From an uncultured Gemmatimonadales bacterium (lineage in GTDB: Bacteria > Gemmatimonadota > Gemmatimonadetes > Longimicrobiales > RSA9), in contig CAVUKA010000001.1 in the NCBI GenBank assembly GCA_963741945.1, forward strand, positions 288,001 to 352,000: 64,000 bases of DNA, written 5' to 3'. Below the pieces are notes generated by a model. The model was given only the letters and a program-made list of their open reading frames with translations. It was not told where the DNA came from and did not search any database. The position numbers and the translations under genes were made by a program. Shown piece by piece: positions 19,739-28,254 of the stretch (position 1 is its first letter; each line of letters starts with the position of its first letter).

Positions 19739-20413
19739 TCAGAGGGCGCCCCAGGGCGGCCTGATCGTGCGATTGACACCCAGCACACGCCCGCCGCCCG
19801 CGCGTAGCACCACCGTGCTGACGGAACCGGGGGCGACATCGAAGCGGAGGATGTGGTCGAAGGAGAGGCCCAGGAAGTGGGCGATGAGGGGACGAATCAC
19901 GTCGCAGTGGCTCACGACGACCACCGCCGGGTTCGCCCGACGGGCAGCAGCCTCATCGGTCACACCGCTCACCCCGGGAGCGTGCGTCCGGGACGGCTCC
20001 CATTCGGCATCAATGGCCCGGAGCCCGGCCAGGGCGCGCTCCACGACGTCCGCCATGCTCTCACCACCGGGCGGGCGGGCGCTCCCACGATGCTCGTTCC
20101 ATCGGCGCCAGTCCTCGCGACCCTCGAGCTCGTCGAAGCGCCCGCCCGTCCAGGCTCCGAAGTCCACTTCGTCGAAAGCAGGGTCGATGCGTACCGGGAG
20201 TCCGTGGACGGCGGCGATGGGCTCTGCGGTCTCGCGGGCCCGCTCGAGCGGGCCGGTGTGGACGGCGACGATGGGCGCGGGAGCGAGATGGAGGGCGAGG
20301 TCACCGGCCTGGCGACGCCCCTCGTCGTCGAGCCCGAACCCCGGCGCGCGTCCGGCGAGCATGCGGCCGACGTGCGCGGCGCTGGCGTGGCGGGTGAGCA
20401 GGAACCGTGTCAC
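19739..20413 (-). CDS. histidine phosphatase family protein
   Basis: LTRHA, GPLERARETA, EVDFGAW, PGGES, VVSH. Confidence 0.88.
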   Translation of the reverse strand: MTRFLLTRHASAAHVGRMLAGRAPGFGLDDEGRRQAGDLALHLAPAPIVAVHTGPLERARETAEPIAAVHGLPVRIDPAFDEVDFGAWTGGRFDELEGREDWRRWNEHRGSARPPGGESMADVVERALAGLRAIDAEWEPSRTHAPGVSGVTDEAAARRANPAVVVVSHCDVIRPLIAHFLGLSFDHILRFDVAPGSVSTVVLRAGGGRVLGVNRTIRPPWGAL

Positions 20414-20427
20414 GAGGGCCTCGCCGG

Positions 20428-20443
20428 AGGAACAATCCTTGCG
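20428..20443 (+). promoter_or_regulatory. candidate sigma54 promoter
   Basis: AGGAACAATCCTTGCG, about 65 nt before ATG 20509. Confidence 0.45.
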
Positions 20444-20508
20444 CTTTTCCAGGGCCGATCCGGACGGGCAGCCGCGCCGGTCCGTCGTTCCTTCAAGCGG
20501 GGCGCTGG

Positions 20509-21408
20509 ATGCTGACGTCGATCAAGATCTGGAACGAGCCGAACAACGCTTCCCACTGGGACATCGAGCTGGACGAGGGATGGCCGCGGTTCGCGGAGCT
20601 GCTGAAGCACGGCGTAGCAGGTGTGCGGTCGCACTCGGACCTGCCGATCGTTCTGGGAGGCATGTCTCCCATCGACCCGCGCTTTCTGCGGCGCCTGGAC
20701 GAACGGGGAGCGCTGGACGGCGTCGACGTGCTGGCGGTGCACGGCTTCCCGCTGGACTGGAACCTGTGGCCGCTCGAGGAATGGCCCGCCCAGATCGAGC
20801 GCGTGCGGCGGGAGTTCGGGCGCCCCGTATGGGTCACCGAGACGGGCGTGTCTTCCTTCGCCAGTGGCGAGAAAGCCGCGTGGGGGATGCGTCGGATGAA
20901 GGAAGTACTGTCGGGCGAGCGCGTCTACTGGTACACCCTGCTGGACCTCGAGCCGGCGATCGAAGCGACGACGCGCCACAAGCAGGCGGAGGGAAGCGGC
21001 TACTTCCGGCATTTCCATTTCGGTCTTCTGACGCATGACGGCAGGCCGAAGCCGGCGCTCCCGGAATACGATCCGACACTGGGGATCTGCCAGTGGTTCC
21101 AGTACCGGGACGAGCGCTCGCTGGAGCTGGCGGTGGAATGGCTGCATCGGCTCGGCGTCCAGCACGTGCGGACGGGACTGAGCTGGGCGGAGAGCCATAT
21201 GGAGGAAGGGTGGGCGTGGTTGGACACCGTGATGTCGGCGCTCGAGCCGTTCGACGTCTGCGCCACCCTCTGCTTCACGCCGCCGAGCATCGGTGTGCGG
21301 CCGCACCACACCAGCCCGCCCCGCGAGGCGTCGGCGTTCGGCGATTTCGCGGCCAGGGTGGCGCAGCGGTACGCGCCGGAAGCGGTTGCCCAGGTCGTCA
21401 TCCCGTGA
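20509..21408 (+). CDS. clan GH-A glycoside hydrolase-like protein ('beta-xylosidase'-type), apparently circularly permuted
   Basis: IWNEPNN (acid/base) at the very N-terminus; AVHGFP; VWVTETG (nucleophile). Confidence 0.82.
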   Translation: MLTSIKIWNEPNNASHWDIELDEGWPRFAELLKHGVAGVRSHSDLPIVLGGMSPIDPRFLRRLDERGALDGVDVLAVHGFPLDWNLWPLEEWPAQIERVRREFGRPVWVTETGVSSFASGEKAAWGMRRMKEVLSGERVYWYTLLDLEPAIEATTRHKQAEGSGYFRHFHFGLLTHDGRPKPALPEYDPTLGICQWFQYRDERSLELAVEWLHRLGVQHVRTGLSWAESHMEEGWAWLDTVMSALEPFDVCATLCFTPPSIGVRPHHTSPPREASAFGDFAARVAQRYAPEAVAQVVIP

Positions 21409-21720
21409 GCGCCGCCGTGCGCGCGTCGTAGGCGCTGCGGGTGGCCTCGATGCGCTGGTCCACCTCGTCGGCGTAGACGCCGGCTACCATGCGCTGGGCG
21501 AGTCGCACGCCCAGCCGGCGATCCTCGAGGCGGGCGGCGTCCTCGTCGTCGCCCCGATCGACCGCCGCGGCGGCCTCCATCTCGAGAGCGAACGCCAGGC
21601 GATCCAGCCCCGTGAACAGCTCGCCGCGGAGCCGCTCCGCCCCTTCCCCGGTCCCTTCCCCGCCGCATCGTCGGCGCCGTCCGGGCCCGCGGCTTCGCCC
21701 GCATGCTGCTCTTCCGCCAT
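21398..21720 (-). CDS. small helical hypothetical protein, probable single-base frameshift near 21660
   Basis: GGAGGT RBS and ATG at 21720 (MAEEQHAG...) join the AERLRGELFTGLDRLAFALE frame if one G is added to the G run. An alternative TTG start exists at 21736. Confidence 0.5.
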
Positions 21721-21732
21721 TCCATACCTCCT

Positions 21733-22434
21733 TCAATCCGTCCGGATCAGCTTGAGTCCCACAGACGTGTACGGATACCCGTGATAGTCGCGCATGCGCG
21801 GCTTCACGGCTTCCCAGTCCACATCCAGGTCCAGCTCGCCTGCCAGCCGCCAGCCGGGGGCATCCAGGATCAGGCGACGGAGGCGTTCTTCATCGAACAC
21901 CCGCCACTCCACCCTGAACTCCAGCCCGGGGCTGCGGTGCCAGATCTCGGCGTCGGCGTCGTCGTAGAAATCGGTGGTGAGGAGCAGCGGCGCCCCCGGT
22001 CGGACGACGCGCCGCAACTCGGCGAGCGCTTTCCGTACCTCCGGCTCCGGCAGGTGCTCGATCACCGAGATGCAGAACACCGCGTCGAACGCCGCATCGG
22101 GCAGAGGCAGCCGGGTCATGTCGGAGCGGACGTACTCCACCTCCACGCCATGTCGCTCCCCGAGGCTGCCGTCCATGTGCAGGTCGATGGCCGTCACCCG
22201 GTGGCCCTGCCGCGCGAGGTATACGGGAAAGATGGAATCGCCGGCGCCCACGTCGAGGACGCGCGACGCCGGCTGCAGGGCCGCGCGCTCCAGCGCCCAG
22301 GGGTACTCCCAGCGCTTTCCCGGGTGCAGGTAGGAGACCGGATCGGCCGCCACCAGAGCATCCATCTCCTCGAGGACGGCGCGGAAGTCGTCGCGTCGGA
22401 GCTCGTCGAGATCCAGCAGGCGATTGGTGGTCAT
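21733..22434 (-). CDS. class I SAM-dependent methyltransferase
   Basis: KRWEYPW, VLDVGAG, FDAVFCISVIEH, RPGAPLLLT. Confidence 0.88.
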   Translation of the reverse strand: MTTNRLLDLDELRRDDFRAVLEEMDALVAADPVSYLHPGKRWEYPWALERAALQPASRVLDVGAGDSIFPVYLARQGHRVTAIDLHMDGSLGERHGVEVEYVRSDMTRLPLPDAAFDAVFCISVIEHLPEPEVRKALAELRRVVRPGAPLLLTTDFYDDADAEIWHRSPGLEFRVEWRVFDEERLRRLILDAPGWRLAGELDLDVDWEAVKPRMRDYHGYPYTSVGLKLIRTD

Positions 22435-22504
22435 GATCCCGGGTGCGCCTTGCAGCGGGGAGCGGCTTCGGGCCGGCGAGGGCTGCTTCGAGGACACGGG
22501 CGAG

Positions 22505-22520
22505 TGCAAGAGGCGCGCCG
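22505..22520 (-). promoter_or_regulatory. candidate sigma54 promoter for the methyltransferase
   Basis: CGGCGCGCCTCTTGCA, about 70 nt upstream of ATG 22434. Confidence 0.55.
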
Positions 22521-22560
22521 GCCACGGGCCGGCGCCCGCCCGACCGCCGTGCGCAGGTGC

Positions 22561-22576
22561 CGGCACTCCGGTTGCG
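22561..22576 (+). promoter_or_regulatory. candidate sigma54 promoter for the phosphatase-HAD-kinase operon
   Basis: CGGCACTCCGGTTGCG, about 70 nt upstream of 22647; divergent from the previous site. Confidence 0.6.
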
Positions 22577-22646
22577 GTACGGAGGATGGTAACCACGAGA
22601 TGGGAGGTGTTTCATCGAAACGGAAGCGACGGTCCGGGGGCGGGGG

Positions 22647-23255
22647 GTGTTGAAGACGCGGTCGGCGGGGCCGCCAAAGACGCTCTACCTGGTGCGGCAC
22701 GCCGTCACGGCGGCGAACCTGGCGGGGCGCAGGCTGGGCACGCTGGATGAGCCGCTCGGCCCCGACGGACGCCGGCAGGCGCGCGATCTCGGGCGCCGGC
22801 TCCGGCATCTGCGGGTGGACGCGCTGTGGAGCAGCCCGCTCGCGCGGGCGCTCGAAACGGCGCGGATCCTTGCGCCCACGCTCGGCTGCGAAGTCCGGGT
22901 GGAGCCGGACCTCCGGGAAATGGCCCTTGGGCCGTGGGAAGGTCTCGATGATGAGCAGATCGCGGAGCAGTACCCGCTGGAGCACGCGCGCTGGCAATCC
23001 GATCCGGCGGGGCTGGACATGCCCGGCCACGAGGGTCTGGCGGCCACGCAGCGACGCGTGGTGCGGGCGCTCGATCGGGTGATGGAGGAAGCGAATCGGG
23101 TGTTGTGCGTGACGCACCTGGCCGCGATCCGGCTGGCCTGGGCCCATTACGAAGGGCGTGACCTGAACAGCTACGCCAGCATCACCCCCGACCACTGCTC
23201 TCTGATGGTGCTGGAGCGGGACGGCGACGGGACAGCCTGGCGCCGCGTGGCGTGA
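22647..23255 (+). CDS. histidine phosphatase family protein
   Basis: LYLVRHA, WSSPLARALETA, LREMALGPWEG, CVTH. Confidence 0.88.
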   Translation: MLKTRSAGPPKTLYLVRHAVTAANLAGRRLGTLDEPLGPDGRRQARDLGRRLRHLRVDALWSSPLARALETARILAPTLGCEVRVEPDLREMALGPWEGLDDEQIAEQYPLEHARWQSDPAGLDMPGHEGLAATQRRVVRALDRVMEEANRVLCVTHLAAIRLAWAHYEGRDLNSYASITPDHCSLMVLERDGDGTAWRRVA

Positions 23256-23275
23256 AGCGAGGAGGCGAAGCGGCC

Positions 23276-23635
23276 ATGGAGAAGCGGATCTGTGTGGACC
23301 TGAACGGCGTGCTGGACACGTACCACGGGTGGCAGGGCGAAGTGACGTGGCACTCCCCTCGTCCCGGTGCCGCGGAGTTTCTCGAGGCGCTCGCCGCCCG
23401 TGGGCACGAGGTCGTGATCCTGACGACCCGGGACCCGGATACCGCCCGGGCGTGGCTGGCCCGTCACGGGCTGGCCCGGCACGTGTCGCTGGTGACCGAT
23501 CGAAAGCTGCCGGCGCTGGCCTACGTGGACGATCGCGCGGTCCCCTTCCGGGGTGACTTCCGCGAGACGCTCGCCACGCTGGAGCGTTTCCGTCCGCACT
23601 GGTGGGACGGAGGAGAGGCGGTGGGATCGGGATGA
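23276..23635 (+). CDS. minimal (capless) HAD-superfamily protein
   Basis: ICVDLNGVL (motif I, DxN variant), ILTTR, K, YVDDRA; GGAGG RBS. Confidence 0.78.
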   Translation: MEKRICVDLNGVLDTYHGWQGEVTWHSPRPGAAEFLEALAARGHEVVILTTRDPDTARAWLARHGLARHVSLVTDRKLPALAYVDDRAVPFRGDFRETLATLERFRPHWWDGGEAVGSG

Positions 23636-24639
23636 GGGGGCGCCGTCCGGCTTCCGCGGAAGTGCACGAGGCCGCGGGCGTGGTCCTGGATCACATCGGA
23701 GAAGCGGCGGATGGCCCGGCCGACTACCACGTGATCCGGCGGGACCGCCACAGCAACAGCGTGGACGAAGTCCATCTGGGCGATGGCCGGATCCTCGTGA
23801 TCAAGCGTGCCAGGGATCCGATGAACATGTACCGCTTCCGTGCATCCCGCCTGGCCGCACAGCTGCTGGCCGATGTGCCGGGGCTGCGCACACCCCGCTA
23901 TGTCCCCACGCCCGACGAGCTGACGCATGAGGCCGTGCTCGTGTACTGGTGGGTGTCCGGCCCGACCCTGCACGAGCTGTGGCCGGAGGTCGCGGAATCG
24001 GAGCGAGGCCGGGTGGTCGAGAGCTGGGGGCGGCTGATGCGTCGCATGCAGACCGTGGCGCTGCCCGGTCACGGCCCGATCGTGGAAGCGGCGCAGTCGG
24101 ACACCACGCTGGAGCGCTACATGACGCGCGACCTGCGCGAGCGCCTGCGTCCCGCCGTAGCGGAGAAATGGCCGCACGGAGTGGAATCCGTGGACCGCCT
24201 GCTGGAGGCGGTGGGGGCGCTGGGCCGGGCCACGGACGGGCGGCCTCCCGTCCTCGTCCACAACGACCTCTTCGACCAGAACGTGATCTGCCGGAACGAT
24301 CCGGTGATCGAGTGCGTGGGGGCCATCGACTTCGAGGACGCGTTCGCCGGTCCCCCCGAAGCGGAGCTGGCGAAGACCGAGATCCTGCACGGTCCGCTGT
24401 TCGGCCAGCCGTGGGAGTGGGACTGGCTCCCGCACCTGGTGGCCGGCTGGGGGCGCACACCTGATGCTCTCGTCGTCTCGTTCTTCCGCGCGTACCAGCT
24501 GGTGAACATGGGCTTCCACGCGGCGCTCACCGGTCTCGACCACCACGCAGCGGCGGTGGCGTCCACCGCAGCGGCCGAGAGCAGGAGCCTGGGATCCGGG
24601 CTCAGCCACCGGGAGGTCCACCAGCGGGCGTCCGGGTGA
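23632..24639 (+). CDS. aminoglycoside-phosphotransferase/choline-kinase-like kinase
   Basis: LVIKR, VLVHNDLFDQNVI, AIDFEDA, GPPEAELA. Confidence 0.82.
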   Translation: MRGRRPASAEVHEAAGVVLDHIGEAADGPADYHVIRRDRHSNSVDEVHLGDGRILVIKRARDPMNMYRFRASRLAAQLLADVPGLRTPRYVPTPDELTHEAVLVYWWVSGPTLHELWPEVAESERGRVVESWGRLMRRMQTVALPGHGPIVEAAQSDTTLERYMTRDLRERLRPAVAEKWPHGVESVDRLLEAVGALGRATDGRPPVLVHNDLFDQNVICRNDPVIECVGAIDFEDAFAGPPEAELAKTEILHGPLFGQPWEWDWLPHLVAGWGRTPDALVVSFFRAYQLVNMGFHAALTGLDHHAAAVASTAAAESRSLGSGLSHREVHQRASG

Positions 24640-26339
24640 TCGTCTACCGCGACGTGGTCCGGACGGTCGCCACCGACTCCTTCATCCACGCGCTCCACCG
24701 TCTGGCACGGGATCACCGGGCCACGAGCTTCCTCGTGGAAGTGGGTCGACTGGAGCAGGCCGCCGTGGATGCGTCGAGCGCGGAGCGCGACGACACCGGT
24801 GCCGTCGAGCGCGCCCTCCGATCCGCGAGCCTCGCGGCCGGACGGGCGCTCACCGCCGCGACCCTGGGGCAGTCGCGCCAGGCGATGGCGGCGGCGCTGG
24901 ACCGCGTCGACTCCGTCCGCGCCCACCTGCCGGCAGCGCTCGAGCTGCGCGAGCCCGAAGGATACGCCCATTACGCCCTCGATCCGCTGGCCTACGCGGA
25001 GGCCGCCCGCTCGTACAGTCGTTGGGCGGGGGCGCGGTGCTCCCGCGCGGTGGTGGTGGGGATCCGGAGCATCGGCACGAGCCTCTCCGCGGTTGTGGCC
25101 GTGACGCTGAACACGGCGGCCTCCGCGACGGTGCGCCCGCGGGGTGAAACAGGAGAGCGCCACATCCGCGCATCGGAGCGTCTCAGCGCCCTGGTCCGGG
25201 AGGCTGTCGAAGCGGGCGGCGACGCGCTGCTGGTGGACGAGGGGCCCGGCGTCACGGGCGAGACGTTCGAGTGCGCCGCCCGCTGGCTCCGCCGGATCGG
25301 GGTGCCCGCCTCCCGGATCGTCCTCTTCCCCAGCCACGACGGGGCGATGCCGCTGGCGCCGGAGTCGCGCCGGCGCTGGTTTCGCAGCACGCTCCGCTTC
25401 CCGCCACCGGTCGCGGACGAGCGCATGACCCGCATCGCGGAGCGCAGGGGCTGGGCGCCCCCGATCGACCTCTCGGCCGGATCCTGGCGGCGGAAGGTGC
25501 CCGGGGCGGAAGAGCTGCCGGCGGTCCCGCATTTCGAGCGAGTGAAGGCCCGCGTGCCCGGCGACACCGGTCTCGGCCACATGCTCCGCTACGCCGGCCT
25601 CGGCGCCTCGCTCGACCGGTGGCTGCACCGGGCCGGGGTGCTCGGGGAGCTGGTCCCGGGTCCCGTCGAACCGACAGGATCCGGGTTCATTGTCCGCCCC
25701 TGGGTAGACGGCGCCCCTGTGGCGCGGCGGCGCGAGCTGCCCGGCGACCTCGCGGCCGCCATGGTTTCGTACGTCGGGGCGCGGGCGGACCGGCTCGCGA
25801 CCGGTGAGCCGGTAGACCGGGACTGGTGGGTACGACTGCTCCTCGAAAACGGCGCCGAGTCCGGTGCACCCTCCGCGGCGCTGGCATGCGCCGCCCGCGC
25901 CCTCGAGCGCTTGCCCCAGCGCGAGGCCGTGATTCCCGACGGCCGCCTCCAGCCATGGGAGTGGATCCGCACGCCCGCAGGCACCCTGCGGAAAGTGGAC
26001 GCCATGGATCACGGGGACGGGCTGCGCGTGCCCGGGCCGACGGACGGAGCGTGGGACGCGGCCGGAGCCACCATCGAGCTGGGACTGCACGGGCCGGACG
26101 CACGCGCGTTCCTCCACGCCGCGTCCCGCGAGCGCGGCATGCCAGCGGGGGAGGAGGAGAACGTCCTGAGCCCGCGGGCGCTGGCCGCCTATCGGCCGGT
26201 CTACGCCGCCGCGTGCTATGGTGACGCGGAGCTGGCGGCGCGGGAATCGAGCGATGCCGAAGACAGGGTGCGACTCCGCTGCGAGGCCGCGTTCTACGCG
26301 GCGGCGCTCGAAGCCGCGCTGATCGAAGGGTTATCCTAG
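24636..26339 (+). CDS. uncharacterised PRTase-like plus kinase-like fusion protein
   Basis: PEGYAHYAL, VVGIRSIGTSL, LLVDEGPGVTGET (PRPP-loop-like), then DGRLQPWEW...KVDAMDH...AWDAAG. Confidence 0.7.
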   Translation: MIVYRDVVRTVATDSFIHALHRLARDHRATSFLVEVGRLEQAAVDASSAERDDTGAVERALRSASLAAGRALTAATLGQSRQAMAAALDRVDSVRAHLPAALELREPEGYAHYALDPLAYAEAARSYSRWAGARCSRAVVVGIRSIGTSLSAVVAVTLNTAASATVRPRGETGERHIRASERLSALVREAVEAGGDALLVDEGPGVTGETFECAARWLRRIGVPASRIVLFPSHDGAMPLAPESRRRWFRSTLRFPPPVADERMTRIAERRGWAPPIDLSAGSWRRKVPGAEELPAVPHFERVKARVPGDTGLGHMLRYAGLGASLDRWLHRAGVLGELVPGPVEPTGSGFIVRPWVDGAPVARRRELPGDLAAAMVSYVGARADRLATGEPVDRDWWVRLLLENGAESGAPSAALACAARALERLPQREAVIPDGRLQPWEWIRTPAGTLRKVDAMDHGDGLRVPGPTDGAWDAAGATIELGLHGPDARAFLHAASRERGMPAGEEENVLSPRALAAYRPVYAAACYGDAELAARESSDAEDRVRLRCEAAFYAAALEAALIEGLS

Positions 26340-27483
26340 GCGGTGCCCGTGAGCGCGCCGCGGCGGTGCGGCAATCGCTCCACGCGCCATCGGACATCCT
26401 CCACTCCAATGCGGTGAATGCAGCCGCGATCCGCAATGAGACAGCGTCCCGCGTGCCAGCATTCCGGTGGCGAAAGTGAGTGGTGGTCGCGGTATCCGCA
26501 CTGGAGTGCTCGCGGCTCCACGGCCATGATGTCCCTGCCGGGTGGCAGGAAGATCGAAGCCCGGGTCGGCCCGAACACCGCCACCGTCGGGACCGCCACG
26601 GCGCCAGCCAGGTGCATGAGACCCGTGTCGTTGCAGACGAGGCCGCGGCAGCGGCGAAGGAGGGCGGCCGTGCGGAGGAGGTGCTCGGCGCCGACCCGGA
26701 TCGCGCGCTCCCCGTGCCGCATGGCATCCTGCACCGCCCGCCCCGCTCCCGCCTGCGGTCCCTCGATCAGCAGGACCGGGACGTCCTCCCGCTCGATGAC
26801 GTGATCCGCCACGGCGGCGAAGTGCTCGAGTGGCCAGCGCTTCAGCGCCGTGGAGGCCACCGGCGAGACGGCGAAGGGGCGGCGTGTGATCCGTGGCCGG
26901 CGAGGAACGATGCCGCGAAAAGCTCGTCGCTCTCTCGCGGGTGCACTGCCGGCGTGATGCCGCGGGGCACGTGGAGGCCCCAGCCCGAGCGCACGCCGGC
27001 ACGGATCGCCTCGGTCCCGCTTTCACCGGATGCCAGCGCCGCTTCCTCAGCGCAGGGATCGCCCTCCAGCGAGCGGATCCCGAGCGACCAGACCGCGCGG
27101 CCCACGGCCGTAGGGGCATGCGTGGCATCGAGCACGAGGTCGAAACGCTGTTCCCTGATCCAGGCGGCAAGGGCTTCTCGCGTGCCCGGTTCGCCGGAAT
27201 CCCACCGGTGGCTCAAGCGCCAGCGGCTCGTGCCGAGAACCGCGTCCACGCGGGCATCTCCGTCCAGGATCTCATCGGCCGGAGGATTGCCGAGTGCCAC
27301 GATCCGGGCGCCGGGGATCGCCCGCCGCAGCGCGCTGATGGCCGGGAGCGCCATGACCACATCGCCGATTCCGTAGCGCAGGCAGACCAGGACGTTGCGG
27401 GAGTGCAGAGGGAGCACGAGTGCCGTGGCGTTGGAGGCATGTCCGACCGGTGCAGGACACCGCCCGATCGCAGTGATTCCCAC
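26336..27483 (-). CDS. glycosyltransferase family 9 (heptosyltransferase-like), split by a 1-nt frameshift near 26890; start uncertain
   Basis: N-half YGIGDVVMALPAI...FDLVLD; C-half KRWPLEHF, CNDTGLMHLAGAV, VFGPT. The frames join if one base is added at CAC-GG-ATC. Confidence 0.8.
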
Positions 27484-27494
27484 GGTCGGGAGCG

Positions 27495-27510
27495 CGCAAG
27501 CGACGTGCCC
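27495..27510 (-). promoter_or_regulatory. candidate sigma54 promoter for GT9
   Basis: GGGCACGTCGCTTGCG, close match to TGGCACG-N4-TTGC. Confidence 0.6.
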
Positions 27511-27718
27511 GAAGGTGCCTCAAAGCCGGACCACCACCTCCGCCCGCCAGCAGCGGGATCCCGTCAGAACGCGTGCGCGGGCCGGCTGGCGACGACGGGC
27601 CGCGAGGCGGATCTGGACTCACGGACGGGCGCGGTTTACGATGGAGGCGATGACCCGTCCGGCGTGCGTCGCGGGTCGCTTCCGCAGGCCCGCCCACCCG
27701 GCATACCCTGGACCGATC

Positions 27719-27883
27719 ATGCCCACCTATCGATACCGGTGTCTGGACTGCGAGGACGAGTTCGAGCAGACCGAGCACATCGAAGACCACGGCGGCGCGC
27801 GCCCCGAGTGTCCCGGATGCGGGAGCAAGCGGGTGGAGCAGGTCTTCAGCTCGTTCTTCGCCAAGACGACGAAGAAGAGCTGA
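27719..27883 (+). CDS. FmdB-family zinc-ribbon protein
   Basis: MPTYRYRCLDC...CPGCGS. Confidence 0.88.
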   Translation: MPTYRYRCLDCEDEFEQTEHIEDHGGARPECPGCGSKRVEQVFSSFFAKTTKKS

Positions 27884-27990
27884 CGACGCCGGCTCCCTCC
27901 GGGTGCGTGGCGTGGCTCAGTCCGCCTCGTGCGCCCCATACCCGTCCATGGTCCGGCCGCACCGCTCCTCCGGCGCGACCGGAGGCCGCA

Positions 27991-28254
27991 TCACGCAGCC
28001 ATCCGGGAGATCTGGACGCGCCAGACCTCGGGCCCCTGCTCCAGGTACTCCCACCCGAACTCGCCCTCGTGCTCGAACTGGAACTGGTAGCGGAGCGGCT
28101 TCGGATCGTGGTCGTTGACCAGGATGAACGCGTCCCCGGGTTCCAGCGCCCGGAACGTGTCGAAGATCGTGGGATGCTTCTCCCTGGGCGGGATCGGCCT
28201 CACGTCCAGGACCTTCTCGGCATTCTCCTCGTTCCGGCTCGCTGCTTCAGTCAT
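27991..28254 (-). CDS. DUF2249 domain protein
   Basis: LDVRPIPPREKHPTIF...LVNDHDPKPLRYQF...GPEVWRV. Confidence 0.88.
   Translation of the reverse strand: MTEAASRNEENAEKVLDVRPIPPREKHPTIFDTFRALEPGDAFILVNDHDPKPLRYQFQFEHEGEFGWEYLEQGPEVWRVQISRMAA

Noticed and set aside
22609-22621. Palindrome GTTTC-ATC-GAAAC between the divergent promoters and the phosphatase gene
   Set aside because: Only 5-bp arms and no second copy noticed.
23632-24639. Antibiotic-resistance interpretation of the APH-like kinase, VanZ, beta-lactamase-like and DHFR-like genes
   Set aside because: These are broad superfamily motifs only; the contexts suggest metabolic or housekeeping roles.
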